From: a virus
Taxonomy: Duplodnaviria; Caudoviricetes
IMG/VR virus record: IMGVR_UViG_3300015607_004593
Span: 1 to 64,000 of that record
Reading direction: 5' to 3' (one strand)
DNA: 64,000 bases
In this document: piece after piece, positions 49,095 to 59,406 of the stretch
How positions within the stretch are numbered: the first letter of the stretch is position 1
How the letters are laid out: each line of letters opens with the position of its first letter
Translations under genes and position numbers: made by a program
The notes under the pieces: generated by a model
Databases searched by the model: none
Told to the model about the DNA's origin: nothing
The model's input: the letters and a program-made list of their open reading frames with translations, nothing else

Positions 49095-49326
49095 ATTCTA
49101 TCCATGTTGAACGGTCTGAATCTCTATTCTTCTTTTCTAAAATTCTTATATAACACTTAACGACTGTATTGGATTCATGAGGCATCATTACATCTTTCCA
49201 ATAAAAAAATCTTTCTTTTCTTAAAAAGAAATTTAAAATTTTTTGAAAAAAGGTAAATTGTTTCTCTTGAGCAACAAATAAAGTTTTATCACAATTTGAT
49301 ATAATTCTATATTGTTTTCTTTTCAT
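49084..49326 (-). CDS. Hypothetical protein inserted between gp44 and gp62
   Basis: ATGA overlap with gp44. Confidence 0.6.
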   Translation of the reverse strand: MKRKQYRIISNCDKTLFVAQEKQFTFFQKILNFFLRKERFFYWKDVMMPHESNTVVKCYIRILEKKNRDSDRSTWIEYES

Positions 49327-50720
49327 TTAAATCTTACCTCAGAAAGAATTTCAGTCAAACAAGCTAATAGATTGATTGATTTATCCATCATTGATGGGTG
49401 TCTAAATTCATATTGAGCTAGAGCTAAAATTATAGCAGGTAAACACTCAGGTTGTACAACTGATTTTAATTCTTTATAAAAATTTTTATAGAACATTTCA
49501 AAATTCATGTCTGAATTTTTTTCTACCCACTCTACTATTGAGTTAAATCTCTTTTCTTTCATAAAGAAAAGAATATCTTTAAAATCTAATTCTTTAGAGT
49601 AAGTTAAGAGTCCTTCATCAATCTTTCCTGAAATAGAATACTTTTGTAATTCATTTATAATTCTTCTAAAATCAGGAAAGTATCTATTGATTAATTCAAC
49701 AACCACTTCTTTTTTAAATTCAATATTCTCATTCTTTAAAATATCTTTAACTCGGTGAAAGAATTTTGTTTTTAAATCCTTATAATCTTCTTTAGGCCAT
49801 GTAAAGTCTATCACAGAACACCGTGAAAGAAGTTGAGGCATCATCTTCTCGATATAATTACAAGAGAAGAAAAATGTTATTTTTGAGTATTGTTCTATGA
49901 ATCCTCTTAAAGCCGTTTGAGTAGGCATAAGCATAGCATCACATTCATCAAAAATAACAGCCTTTGACCTTCCTTCTAAAGAAAGTGTAGTTACAAACGA
50001 AGTAACATCTTGTCTCAAAACTTCTATTGACCTTTGTTCAGAAGAATTGATAAAGAGATATTCAAAATCTAATTGATTACAGAGGGCTTTGATGCAAGTT
50101 GTGTTGTGATGAACAAATCCATTAGGCGTCACATAAAGATGGGGACTTTCGATAGAAATATCATAAACATCTCCAAAAGGAATTTCTTCTTTATATACAA
50201 TCTTTGAAAAATCACCAAGTAAAACATTATAAACATCTTCTGCTTCTTCAGCAAAAACAAGACCTTTAGATGAAGAAACAATATGTTTTCTTCCACAAAT
50301 AAAAGGATTCAAGTCATCATTAAAATGTAGTTTTATTTTTTTATCTTGTTTCTTAATCAATCCTTCTATTGGAACCCAAACATTTTCAGGAGTCTTTACA
50401 AAAACCTCTTCTTTATCAAATTCCTTTAATTCATTATAAGGAACTTCATCCATTTCAAAATAACTGAATAAATGTTCTAATGTAACTGTTATTTCTTTTC
50501 CTTTATAAAATTTATCTGAAAAAATAATATCTATTTCTTCAAACGGGTCTAAACATTTTCCACTTCCACCATTCGGTGAAGAGAACATTAGATTTGGACA
50601 ATGACCTGAGATAACAAAATTTTCAAGTGTTTTTTTAATAGCTTCAGGAAAAATACAATCTTTAATTTGTTTAGGGCGATACTTTTCTACCCAAATACGT
50701 TCATTAAGATTTACAGACAT
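49323..50720 (-). CDS. gp44: Clamp loader ATPase (gp44-like) with mini-intein
   Basis: WVEKYRP, GSGK|..|TT, FDECD, LSRC, FPDFRRIINELQ. Confidence 0.96.
   Translation of the reverse strand: MSVNLNERIWVEKYRPKQIKDCIFPEAIKKTLENFVISGHCPNLMFSSPNGGSGKCLDPFEEIDIIFSDKFYKGKEITVTLEHLFSYFEMDEVPYNELKEFDKEEVFVKTPENVWVPIEGLIKKQDKKIKLHFNDDLNPFICGRKHIVSSSKGLVFAEEAEDVYNVLLGDFSKIVYKEEIPFGDVYDISIESPHLYVTPNGFVHHNTTCIKALCNQLDFEYLFINSSEQRSIEVLRQDVTSFVTTLSLEGRSKAVIFDECDAMLMPTQTALRGFIEQYSKITFFFSCNYIEKMMPQLLSRCSVIDFTWPKEDYKDLKTKFFHRVKDILKNENIEFKKEVVVELINRYFPDFRRIINELQKYSISGKIDEGLLTYSKELDFKDILFFMKEKRFNSIVEWVEKNSDMNFEMFYKNFYKELKSVVQPECLPAIILALAQYEFRHPSMMDKSINLLACLTEILSEVRFK
50103..50555 (-). mobile_element. gp44 mini-intein (151 aa) in Walker A
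   Basis: GK|CLDPFE ... CGRKH ... VYDISIESPHLYVTPNGFVHHN|T. Confidence 0.93.
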
Positions 50721-50856
50721 TTTTATTTCCTTTTCTTCTTTTCAAAAAAGATAAAAGCATTATATAACAAAAAATAAAAAATCCTAGAATTTTCTAGGAT
50801 TTTTGTTTTTAGAAAACTACCTAACCTTGTTGTTGGTTTAGGTAGTTTCAAAAAAA

Positions 50857-51555
50857 TTATTGATTATGATTATTCAAAGCCTTATTCAGCTTTGATAATG
50901 TTTTAAAGTTGAAAAAAAATCTACAAACATTTACACCATTCTTTGGGATATTTCGATAACCCCTAGCTTTATCAATAACACTTGATACTGCACTTAAAAC
51001 CCACATTATCGTACTATCCTTCCAATAAGAATTAATGAAAGGAAATTCACCTTTAACAATGGTTAAAAAATCTAAAGCATCTAAACTTAGAATTGGATGA
51101 ATATAATCTTTCCAAAAAACCCTAAACTCTTCACTTTGATTGAAGAGAATGTAAGCCTTGGGTAAGGTGGTCGGCATAGTAAACCCAAAATTTGGATGGG
51201 TATGCTCACCATCAACTTGCTCATAAACTTTTCTCCTAAGAAACTCTAATTTAGGAAAAACATAATTATCACCATAATCAAGTGATTGAGGTGAGAAACA
51301 AATAACACATTGAATCATTTTCTTGTTTTCTTTTTTATCCTCATGGTCAAAACCATAAGTAACTGATGGTTTATCAACATTTTTATTATTATTGGTATCA
51401 GGTGTATTAAAACTGATACTCTTTAAAACAGTTTGAAATGCTTCTTCATAAGCCGTTTCTCCTTTGCACAAAAGATGCTCAGTCCATTCAACCGGCAACT
51501 TATGTGATTGGAGTTGGAAAGAAATAAGATTACGAATCAATTCTGACTGTGACAT
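50857..51555 (-). CDS. Hypothetical protein
   Basis: 232-aa ORF; promoter TTGCAT-N17-TATACT at 51733..51761. Confidence 0.7.
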   Translation of the reverse strand: MSQSELIRNLISFQLQSHKLPVEWTEHLLCKGETAYEEAFQTVLKSISFNTPDTNNNKNVDKPSVTYGFDHEDKKENKKMIQCVICFSPQSLDYGDNYVFPKLEFLRRKVYEQVDGEHTHPNFGFTMPTTLPKAYILFNQSEEFRVFWKDYIHPILSLDALDFLTIVKGEFPFINSYWKDSTIMWVLSAVSSVIDKARGYRNIPKNGVNVCRFFFNFKTLSKLNKALNNHNQ

Positions 51556-51806
51556 AATAATTCACTCACTGTTGATGAAAAAAGAAAAAAGTTTAAACCC
51601 ACTAGGAAAAAAGAATCCTAAAATGTTTAGGAATTCACTCCTATCTTATCTTTACGCAAAGTTTCGTAAAGATGAAAAAAAAGTGTAAAAATCATTTTTC
51701 TAGTTTTAGACCTACATTCTTCAACTGAACCAAGTATACAAAAATACAACAACCGATGCAACTATTTTTTACCAACAAAAAAAATAAATTTTTACACCTT
51801 TCGTTC

Positions 51807-52838
51807 TTAAAAAGAAACAATTCCCTCCACATTCCACATCAACCATTCTCTAAGCTCTTCTTCAGAAAGAGAAAGAATAAAAGTATTAAAATTTTCAATT
51901 GTATGAAATCCTGACTTTAAAATGCTTATGAAATTACCTAATTCTTTCCCTTTAAGTCCTGTAATATCAGAAACTTTTTGACCATAAAACTTCTCCTTTA
52001 CTTTCCTTGAAATGAAAAGTTTTTCTTTTGCATTATCATAACTTTCTTTAAACCCCGGAAAACTCAGAAATGCCTTTTCTTTCCATTCTTCAACTTCTTT
52101 ATATCCACCTCTTTCATCAAACGATTCCCAATGATAATGATTTAATATACTTTCTTTTTCCTTACACCAAGAAAGAAATTCATTATAAACTTTTCTCTTT
52201 CTATCTCTTACCCTAGAAGTATGGCATCTATTGTGTAAAAGATATATATCAGGTGAAAAGAAAGGAGAAGAAGCAACAAATTTAAAAATATCTTCAAGGT
52301 TATCAAATCCCTTTGAATAAACTTCATAATCATAATCAAGAAATTCTAATATTTTTTTCCAATCCTTAGAAACAATGATTTCTTGAAAAACATAATTACC
52401 AACCCTTACAATAAAAATTAATCCCCTATGAGAAAACTTAAATCCTGTTTTATGAAATACCCTACCAATTAAATTTGAAATGTCTGAGAAAGAAAAATAA
52501 TGTAAAGAAGTTTCCATATCTTCTGTATTTGTAAAGATTAAATCTAATTGAAAATCTTCATTAACCTTCAAAGAAACAACATGATTATTATTTGAAATCT
52601 CATGAGGAATAAAAAGTTTCTTAAAAAAAGATAAGTATTCTTCTCTTTTAGAAGAATCTATTAAAATATCCATATCCCCAAATGTTTCTTTTTCCCTAAA
52701 AGAAGGAATAATCTTAAAATCTTCTTCTTTATAAAATTCTTCTTCTTTCAAATGAGTTAAAATAACATTCATAATTTCGTTATACTCTTCTTTAGAGTAT
52801 CTCTTTAAACCTTGAAATACATTTCCACCCATCTTCAT
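51807..52838 (-). CDS. Pol-beta superfamily nucleotidyltransferase-like phage protein
   Basis: GGN start, SFREKETFGDMDIL (DxD), FQLDLI third Asp. Confidence 0.65.
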   Translation of the reverse strand: MKMGGNVFQGLKRYSKEEYNEIMNVILTHLKEEEFYKEEDFKIIPSFREKETFGDMDILIDSSKREEYLSFFKKLFIPHEISNNNHVVSLKVNEDFQLDLIFTNTEDMETSLHYFSFSDISNLIGRVFHKTGFKFSHRGLIFIVRVGNYVFQEIIVSKDWKKILEFLDYDYEVYSKGFDNLEDIFKFVASSPFFSPDIYLLHNRCHTSRVRDRKRKVYNEFLSWCKEKESILNHYHWESFDERGGYKEVEEWKEKAFLSFPGFKESYDNAKEKLFISRKVKEKFYGQKVSDITGLKGKELGNFISILKSGFHTIENFNTFILSLSEEELREWLMWNVEGIVSF

Positions 52839-53039
52839 TCTCTCTTATATTCTTAAAATAACAATTGTTTAGACAACACTCAAGACGTAGGGTTATATAA
52901 GTAGTATAACCAAGTTCTAGCTTCCTTATTAAAACTATAGTTAAACAACTCTTATATAACCCTATTGATAGCATTCCCAATTTTATTTTTCTTAAATTCT
53001 TAATTTCTTTTCAATGTACTTCTTTTATATTATACAAAG

Positions 53040-53615
53040 AAAAGAACTGATAATTGAATTTAAGAAAAAATAATTACTTTTCTTTTTATTCTCTCTTATA
53101 AAGAGAAAAACCTCTTAAAGAAGAAAAAAGAAAAGTAATAAATTAGAAACTCTATCCAAGATTTTAGAAGATTTGTTGTTCATAAATTTCCTTTTTTCTC
53201 TTTCTCTTCTCTTTTTACAAATCTTCTAAAAAACTTACTTCTATATTTTATCAGGTCGGTTTTTACTGTTCTTCTTCTTTCTTTTCTTTAAAAGAAAAGG
53301 GAAGAAAGAAACACTCAGACCGCCATAGTTATGTCCTCAGACATAACTATAACTGAGATATTCTTAAAGATAAGAATTATAACCCCTTTCAGGAACCTGT
53401 TTTAAGATTAATCGAAGTGGCCTAATCTGCACGGCGTCTTGACGCGAAGCGATTTTTATTAACCGTGTCCATGTCGAAATCGGTCTTTCTAATGGATGCT
53501 TTTTATAGTCCGCTCTTTTTAGACTGAGATTGCTTTTCTTTTCCATGTATGAGGCACAATCTTAAGACCCTTATTGTAGGACAATGAAATAATAATGTCC
53601 CCCTCTATTTTTTCC
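53040..53615. other. Hairpin-rich non-coding region (candidate structured RNA or origin)
   Basis: Consecutive inverted repeats, e.g. ATAGTTATGTC-CTCA-GACATAACTAT, TTTTAGAAGATTTGT...ACAAATCTTCTAAAA, CACGG..CCGTG, GGACA..TGTCC. Confidence 0.5.
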
Positions 53616-53706
53616 TTGAGGTAAATTGTTTTCTTTTGGGTTTTTTGTGAGAAGAGAATTGAGAACACCAAAAAAAACAATCTTTTTTTATTTAGAAAAT
53701 AAAAAT

Positions 53707-54153
53707 TTAACTTTTGGTTTTCTTTTCAAGAATAGATTTTATTTTTTCTAAATCTTTCTTCATTTCCCAAATAGTTTCAGCCATCTCAAAGATACTTTTG
53801 GCATGATATTCTTTGTTCAGGTATCCTTTATGGAAAAAGGTTTTTATTAAGAATTGAATTTCTATTCTTTTTTCAAGGTCGTCTACAACGAGAAGATGAA
53901 TATCTTCTTCTTCCTCATTCTTCTTCTTTAAAGACCAAATTTCAAGAACTCCCCCAAATCCTTCTTTTTTGAAGAAAATCTTTTCTAGGAAAAACCCTCG
54001 TTCTAAGATTTGTTCTCTGTCAGAGTATCGTAAAGGATATTGACAAAGGAAATCCCAATCTGAACCTTCCTTTGCATTGTTGAAAAACCGTGAACCTGTA
54101 ATAACCCATGAAGGAAAATCATCCATCAAAGTTTGTATAATTGAAGGAATCAT
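53707..54153 (-). CDS. Minimal nucleotidyltransferase-like protein
   Basis: ITGSR...SDWDF (GS + DxD). Confidence 0.7.
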   Translation of the reverse strand: MIPSIIQTLMDDFPSWVITGSRFFNNAKEGSDWDFLCQYPLRYSDREQILERGFFLEKIFFKKEGFGGVLEIWSLKKKNEEEEDIHLLVVDDLEKRIEIQFLIKTFFHKGYLNKEYHAKSIFEMAETIWEMKKDLEKIKSILEKKTKS

Positions 54154-54284
54154 TTTTTTTAATCCTCTTTTTAATTAAGTATTATTGATAACAATAAAAA
54201 AGAGAGAGAAAAAGAAAAACTTTTTCTCTCTCTTTTTTTACTAAGATTTAGATAAGGTCAAGATTACAACAATACATCTTTTCT

Positions 54285-54545
54285 TCAGAAACAAAAAGAA
54301 GTATTGTTGTTGTTGTGATATTTTGCTACTAATTTCATACGAGAAGGTTTTCTCATATTTGAAGATTCTCGCTTTGGGTTTGAGGTTCGATGGCGAGAAT
54401 ATGAAATATGAAATTGATTACAGATTCCACATTTGTAGACCATCATATTCCTTTCTGTTGCAGAAATAGACGGAACGACAGCCCATGCTTGAGGTGCTGT
54501 CTCATAAGAAATCTTTCCAGAATCACAAAACGTAATCTTCTTCAT
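54285..54545 (-). CDS. Small Zn-binding phage protein
   Basis: C.SGK.SY...YKCGICNQFH; promoter TTGATT-N18-TATAAT at 54654..54683. Confidence 0.65.
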   Translation of the reverse strand: MKKITFCDSGKISYETAPQAWAVVPSISATERNMMVYKCGICNQFHISYSRHRTSNPKRESSNMRKPSRMKLVAKYHNNNNTSFCF

Positions 54546-54728
54546 AGCAAAAAAGAACTCCTAGAGAAAAAAAGAGAAAGAGAAAAAACTTACCTACCAA
54601 AAAAATCAAACTTCACCTTTCTGAATCAAAAATGTGATTTTTTCAGCAATTTCATTATAAATGAAAAAAGGTGAGGAAATCAAGTAAAATTTCCTCACCC
54701 TAAGAAAAAATTTTTTTGCTTCCTCTTT

Positions 54729-55022
54729 TCAGATTTCAGAAATCACTTTCAAAGAAATATTTTTTCTCCTATCCACAACAATTTCACAGTCAGACACTTT
54801 GTTACATCTAAGTAATTCTTCTGCTGAAATCTCAAAAGCTACGCATCTTATGTATCTTTCTGGAATGAATGATGAATTGTTGAATTTCCCATCTCGTACT
54901 CTTTCTTGAATAAAAGAAAGAGAAGGGGAAAAATATTTGAATCGTTTTTTAGAAAAATCAGGACTCTTTTTTTTCATAGTTCTTATGAATTCTTCTTCAC
55001 TCATAGCTCTAAAAACTTTCAT
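54729..55022 (-). CDS. Hypothetical protein (possible small ADP-ribosyltransferase-like fold)
   Basis: VFRAMSEEEF...KYFS start. Confidence 0.55.
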   Translation of the reverse strand: MKVFRAMSEEEFIRTMKKKSPDFSKKRFKYFSPSLSFIQERVRDGKFNNSSFIPERYIRCVAFEISAEELLRCNKVSDCEIVVDRRKNISLKVISEI

Positions 55023-55033
55023 GAAATTCTCTC

Positions 55034-55597
55034 TTAAAAATCTTTTGGAAAAGAAAGAATTGATTTCACGGGATAACCATCTATTTCTTCTATCTCTGAA
55101 CGATTAATCATAACCATGATAGAAATATCTTGAGTATATCGTTTAACTAAATTTAATGATTTTCTTATAGCCTTTCCTGTAACAAAGACATCATCAACAA
55201 TGAGAACTGATTTATTTCTTAAATCACACCCAACATAATCTCCTTTTTCTCCATGTTGTTTGAAATTTTCTTTTCGGTCGAAAGCAAAAGAAAGATTGTA
55301 ATCTTTATGATTGTCACCAAAAATATATGAATAGAGACATGCCGATGAAACAAGAATGATGCCTTTTGTAGCAACGCCAAAAATAACATCCGGTAAAACT
55401 TTCATTTCATGGATTTCCGTCCAAATGACAAATCCTAATTCAACAAGTCCCTCTGAATCTGAAAATTTTGAAAAATCAAAATAGAAAGGTGAAATCTCAC
55501 CTGAATTGAGAACGAAATTTCCTTCTTTTAGAAGTACATTTCTGTCATTGATTTTTGTTTTCAAATAATTGGATACTTTAGAGCCATTCATTGTCAT
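55034..55597 (-). CDS. pyrE: Orotate phosphoribosyltransferase
   Basis: GNFVLNSGEISPFYFD, FGVATKGI, DRKE..QHGEKG, VLIVDDVFVTG. Confidence 0.92.
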   Translation of the reverse strand: MTMNGSKVSNYLKTKINDRNVLLKEGNFVLNSGEISPFYFDFSKFSDSEGLVELGFVIWTEIHEMKVLPDVIFGVATKGIILVSSACLYSYIFGDNHKDYNLSFAFDRKENFKQHGEKGDYVGCDLRNKSVLIVDDVFVTGKAIRKSLNLVKRYTQDISIMVMINRSEIEEIDGYPVKSILSFPKDF

Positions 55598-55610
55598 GAT
55601 ATTGTCTCTT

Positions 55611-55907
55611 TTAGAGAGTATGGTGAGAAAAAAGATTTATTGTTTTTGAATCATTCCACATGACAAATTTTATATCTTTAGAATCTTTAAAAGAAAAGAA
55701 ATATTTTTTCTGTATCTTTCCCCTAAATGTCATACCTATTGATTGAGGTATTTTTTCAATAAAAGAAAGAAAAAAATCTTCTACTTTTTTACACTCCTCT
55801 TCTGATGCTCCTTTTTCAAATTTAATTCTAACATTACCTGAAGAAGTAACTGTTAGTCTAAAGGATTGGTTTACATTATAAATTCTTACTATCGAAGAAA
55901 TTTTCAT
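55611..55907 (-). CDS. Hypothetical protein
   Basis: ORF track. Confidence 0.6.
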   Translation of the reverse strand: MKISSIVRIYNVNQSFRLTVTSSGNVRIKFEKGASEEECKKVEDFFLSFIEKIPQSIGMTFRGKIQKKYFFSFKDSKDIKFVMWNDSKTINLFSHHTL

Positions 55908-55954
55908 CAGTCTTTCTCACTTTTTGCTTAGTTCAAAGAAAAGAAAAGAAAAAT

Positions 55955-56245
55955 TCAATCTTCCCAAAACGTATCAACAAAATCTTTCATAGCTTTCAAT
56001 TTTTTTTCAGTGATATTTTGTTTCTTCAATTCCTCTTTGATTTCTTCTAAGGATGAAGATTCATCATTCAACAATCTCTCGATATTAAAGAGTATAGCAG
56101 AAAAATCAAGGTGTGTCATTTCAAGGTAAATAAAAATACTTCTATCCAAGAGTGAAGTCTTAAAATCCTTTTTTATACCTCCATTTGTTTTTTGAATAAA
56201 TTCTTCATAAAAATCTCTATAGATAGTAAATGCAGGATTTATCAT
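55955..56245 (-). CDS. Hypothetical protein
   Basis: ATGA overlap. Confidence 0.6.
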   Translation of the reverse strand: MINPAFTIYRDFYEEFIQKTNGGIKKDFKTSLLDRSIFIYLEMTHLDFSAILFNIERLLNDESSSLEEIKEELKKQNITEKKLKAMKDFVDTFWED

Positions 56246-56562
56246 ACTTTATTTTCCTTATTCATTACATCAGACGGAATTAAAGAATATTGTAATTGAA
56301 TTAATTTTGCATATTCATTCAAATGGTGAGGTTCACCCACTAAAGAATAAAGTGAACATCGTAATAGAGCCATAGACCATCCCATATCCTCATGAAATAC
56401 TGTATCTGTTTCCTTTGGGAATATTCCTTTGTTGATTAAACTCTGAAGAACTAAAATATAAACATCATCAACAATTTTATCTAAATGTTTTTTAGTTAAT
56501 TGTTGATTATTTTTATTGTTATTGAGCTTTGGAAGTTGAAACTTTAGAATATTTTTTTTCAT
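56242..56562 (-). CDS. Hypothetical protein
   Basis: ORF track. Confidence 0.6.
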   Translation of the reverse strand: MKKNILKFQLPKLNNNKNNQQLTKKHLDKIVDDVYILVLQSLINKGIFPKETDTVFHEDMGWSMALLRCSLYSLVGEPHHLNEYAKLIQLQYSLIPSDVMNKENKV

Positions 56563-56655
56563 TTGTTTCTTATCTTAAAAAGGAGAGAAAAAAATTACCG
56601 ATTGATTCGGTAATTTAATTTTACACCAAATGAAAAATTTTTAAAAGGAATTTTT

Positions 56656-58116
56656 TCAGTTTCCGGTTTTTATCATCTCTTCATAGCATTGTGTCGAATA
56701 ATTAATAATCCAAGAAAAATATTCATCTTGCCAAAGAGTAGGAGAAGTTGATGCTATCAGAATATAAAGAAACCATTCCATTGAAAGAAGATTTGCTTCT
56801 TCTTTATCACCAAAATAATCATTTCCCATTAATCTAAATTCTATAAACCCTTCACCATTCTTATTGTATTTTGAAAAATTGATAGACATTCTTTTCTGAT
56901 TACTTATAGCCGTCTTTAAAGTATAAATGTAATGTCTTTTTAAAAGGTCATCAATCGTTAAGGGTCGTTTAAATGATCTAGTTAGAGTTTTAATTGAATC
57001 TTTAACACTCACTAATTGAGAAACACAATATTTGTTAAACTGTCGTCCAATTCTTCTTAAGAAAAAATTATCTTGCCCTAAGATAACTAATTTTAAAAAA
57101 TCTATTTCAGAATTTTGTTTTGCATCATTGAAAGAAACTGAAAAATGAACTCCTGTAGATGTATTTGTCTTAGGTTCAAATCCTGCATTTGAAAGGCATT
57201 TCTTTGTTCTAAAGAAAATATCTCTAAATGATTTTGCCGAATATGTTTTTGAAATAATTTCAATAGGAATAAAATTTGATGATGGAATCTGATTTAAAGA
57301 TTCATCTTCTTCTAAAGTCCAAGCATTGTGATAATCTTTTTTAAATTGGATTGATGATTTTCTTTTTGTCCAATTTACCTTTGTATCAAATTCATCCTGA
57401 AGAACAGAAGAAACTTTTGAATAAAAAATATCTTTATCATTTTTATTTTTAGAAGAAGGTGAAAAGGTATCCGTTGATACAGTTTTTAATAGATAACCTT
57501 CATCATCTATATAATAGTTAGAACCATCTAAGAAATTAAAATCTTCTAATAAATCTTCTATTTTAAATTCAGAAGATAAGAATGTTGAGAATGAATATTC
57601 TTCATCATCTCGATATTGTTCTGCAAATTCATCTTGCAATTTTCTTTGAATTTCTAATTTCTTTTTTTGTCGCTTATTTTCATCTTTTTCATTTTCTTTT
57701 TTCAATTCATCATTTACATCATTTATATCAATCATTTCATACATTCTTTCTTGAAACCATTTATCATATTCTCTCTTTAATCCTTTATAAGAAAGATGAT
57801 GATTATTTTCAGGAAAATGACTCATTAAGAAATTTAAATAATTTTCTGGAAATATTTCTTCTAGGTCTATTCTCTCAATGATTTTTTTATTAGATAAAGA
57901 TTCACTATCCTTTAGATAACATTCAAATTCAAATCCTATTTTCATAGAAGAAAGAGAATCAAGAATTTGTTTTGCTATTCCTTCCTGTGATGTAAAGGTA
58001 TTATCTGATATATCAGATGAAAAAGTTTTTCTTAATTGTGATAATTCACCAGTTTTAAAATTTTTATAAATTGGATTTTGTTTTATTTCTAAAAGAAATC
58101 TCTGATAATCTTTCAT
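56656..58116 (-). CDS. Putative amidoligase (COOH-NH2 ligase type 2-like)
   Basis: IGFEFE, EEDESL, IEIIS, NTSTGVH, SINF, IEFR. Confidence 0.75.
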   Translation of the reverse strand: MKDYQRFLLEIKQNPIYKNFKTGELSQLRKTFSSDISDNTFTSQEGIAKQILDSLSSMKIGFEFECYLKDSESLSNKKIIERIDLEEIFPENYLNFLMSHFPENNHHLSYKGLKREYDKWFQERMYEMIDINDVNDELKKENEKDENKRQKKKLEIQRKLQDEFAEQYRDDEEYSFSTFLSSEFKIEDLLEDFNFLDGSNYYIDDEGYLLKTVSTDTFSPSSKNKNDKDIFYSKVSSVLQDEFDTKVNWTKRKSSIQFKKDYHNAWTLEEDESLNQIPSSNFIPIEIISKTYSAKSFRDIFFRTKKCLSNAGFEPKTNTSTGVHFSVSFNDAKQNSEIDFLKLVILGQDNFFLRRIGRQFNKYCVSQLVSVKDSIKTLTRSFKRPLTIDDLLKRHYIYTLKTAISNQKRMSINFSKYNKNGEGFIEFRLMGNDYFGDKEEANLLSMEWFLYILIASTSPTLWQDEYFSWIINYSTQCYEEMIKTGN

Positions 58117-58122
58117 AACTCC

Positions 58123-58467
58123 TTAAGACTCCTTCGTAGAAAGTATCTTTTCAATTTTTTCCCAAACTTCATTGCCATAAGTATTTTTTACAATCATTTG
58201 AAATTGTGCATTTACTAAAAGTTTCTTTGCAAACATTGGAATTAATTTAGGTGGAACTTTCATGATAAATCCATGTCTCTTTGATTGAATAGGATTACCG
58301 TCAACCCATGATTGAATATAAGCAATGAATTCAGAGGGGGATTGAGAAAGATGAACCTCAGTTTCTAAATCAAAGGCTTTAGATTCATTTCTATCTTGGA
58401 CAAGGATATGAGGCATTTCTAATAAAAGACTTTCAAATAAAAATTCTAAGTAATTTGTTTTTTTCAT
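58123..58467 (-). CDS. Hypothetical protein with capsid-targeting-like N-terminus
   Basis: MKKTNYLEFLFESLLLE. Confidence 0.65.
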   Translation of the reverse strand: MKKTNYLEFLFESLLLEMPHILVQDRNESKAFDLETEVHLSQSPSEFIAYIQSWVDGNPIQSKRHGFIMKVPPKLIPMFAKKLLVNAQFQMIVKNTYGNEVWEKIEKILSTKES

Positions 58468-58596
58468 AGGTTATATACTTCTTATTTTCTCTTGATTGTT
58501 TATTTTTTATTTTTGAAAGTAAAGTTGAGGAATAAATTTATTTAGAATTTATCTAAGTTTAATTTGTTGAAAAGAAAGAGATTTAAAATATTTAAC

Positions 58597-58770
58597 CTTT
58601 TGTTTTTCAAGAGTTTTTTAAAAAAATGAAAATTTTGAAAAAAAGAGTACCTAGACTACCACCTCGTAAAAAAACGTAAAAATGACCCTTGTAAGTCTTT
58701 GAATTAAAACAAGAAAAAAATGAAAAAAATTCATTTTTTGACAAACCTAGACTTTTTTAAAAACCAAAAA
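58597..58770. repeat. Dispersed ~170-bp non-coding repeat, copy 2
   Basis: Direct repeat of 17223..17399. Confidence 0.92.
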
Positions 58771-58814
58771 AAGGGTGAGAAGAAATCTCACCCTTTTCAT
58801 ACTTACCTACTTAC

Positions 58815-59207
58815 TTAAATTTCAAAATACTCCCATCTTGACTCCTCATTATTAAAAACATACAAAAATTCACAATTTGCTTTTTGTGCTGACCTCTTTA
58901 ATTCATAGTAAGTATAATATTTCCTAGCTTGAGTGCCCTTATCTCCCCTATCTCTCCCGTAAGCAACCGTGTGTCCTTTCACTGGTGAAGAGAAGGTATG
59001 ACCTTCAGGCTTCTCTATTGAGGGATAAAGTGCTGATAAATCCCCTAAAGCTAGAAGTTCTTTGATTCTTTCTACGTTTGCAAAGGAGCTAGTCAGAGTA
59101 GGAAGCATCGCTTCAGGGTATCCATCCCAGTGGCAATAAATTGACGTGTAATAGTCAGTACCATTGGTTCCGGTCTGCTTAAGAGCAATCATTGAACGTG
59201 TTGCCAT
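58815..59207 (-). CDS. Conserved phage early protein
   Basis: MATRSMI...IYCHWDGYP...LGDLSAL...YGRDRG; promoter TTGATC-N17-TATAAT at 59280..59308. Confidence 0.8.
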   Translation of the reverse strand: MATRSMIALKQTGTNGTDYYTSIYCHWDGYPEAMLPTLTSSFANVERIKELLALGDLSALYPSIEKPEGHTFSSPVKGHTVAYGRDRGDKGTQARKYYTYYELKRSAQKANCEFLYVFNNEESRWEYFEI

Positions 59208-59406
59208 TGTAGCAATCTCCTAGAGAGTTTAAAGGTTTGGTTCCTTTTTTAAAACTTCCTTTCCCTAAACTGCAAAAAGATTATAATCTTTTTTTTAAGA
59301 TTGATCAACCTTTTTTTTGAAAAAATAAAAAAAATCCTACCTCGAAAATGTTACACTCCCGAAGTAGGATTTTGAAGATTATTTCTTAAAAATAAAAAGC
59401 ATGTGA

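Noticed and set aside
53364-53546. 60-aa ORF in the structured region (and 52792..52980)
   Set aside because: No recognisable motif and composition unlike neighbouring genes; for 53364..53546 the hairpins explain the sequence better. Coding cannot be fully excluded.
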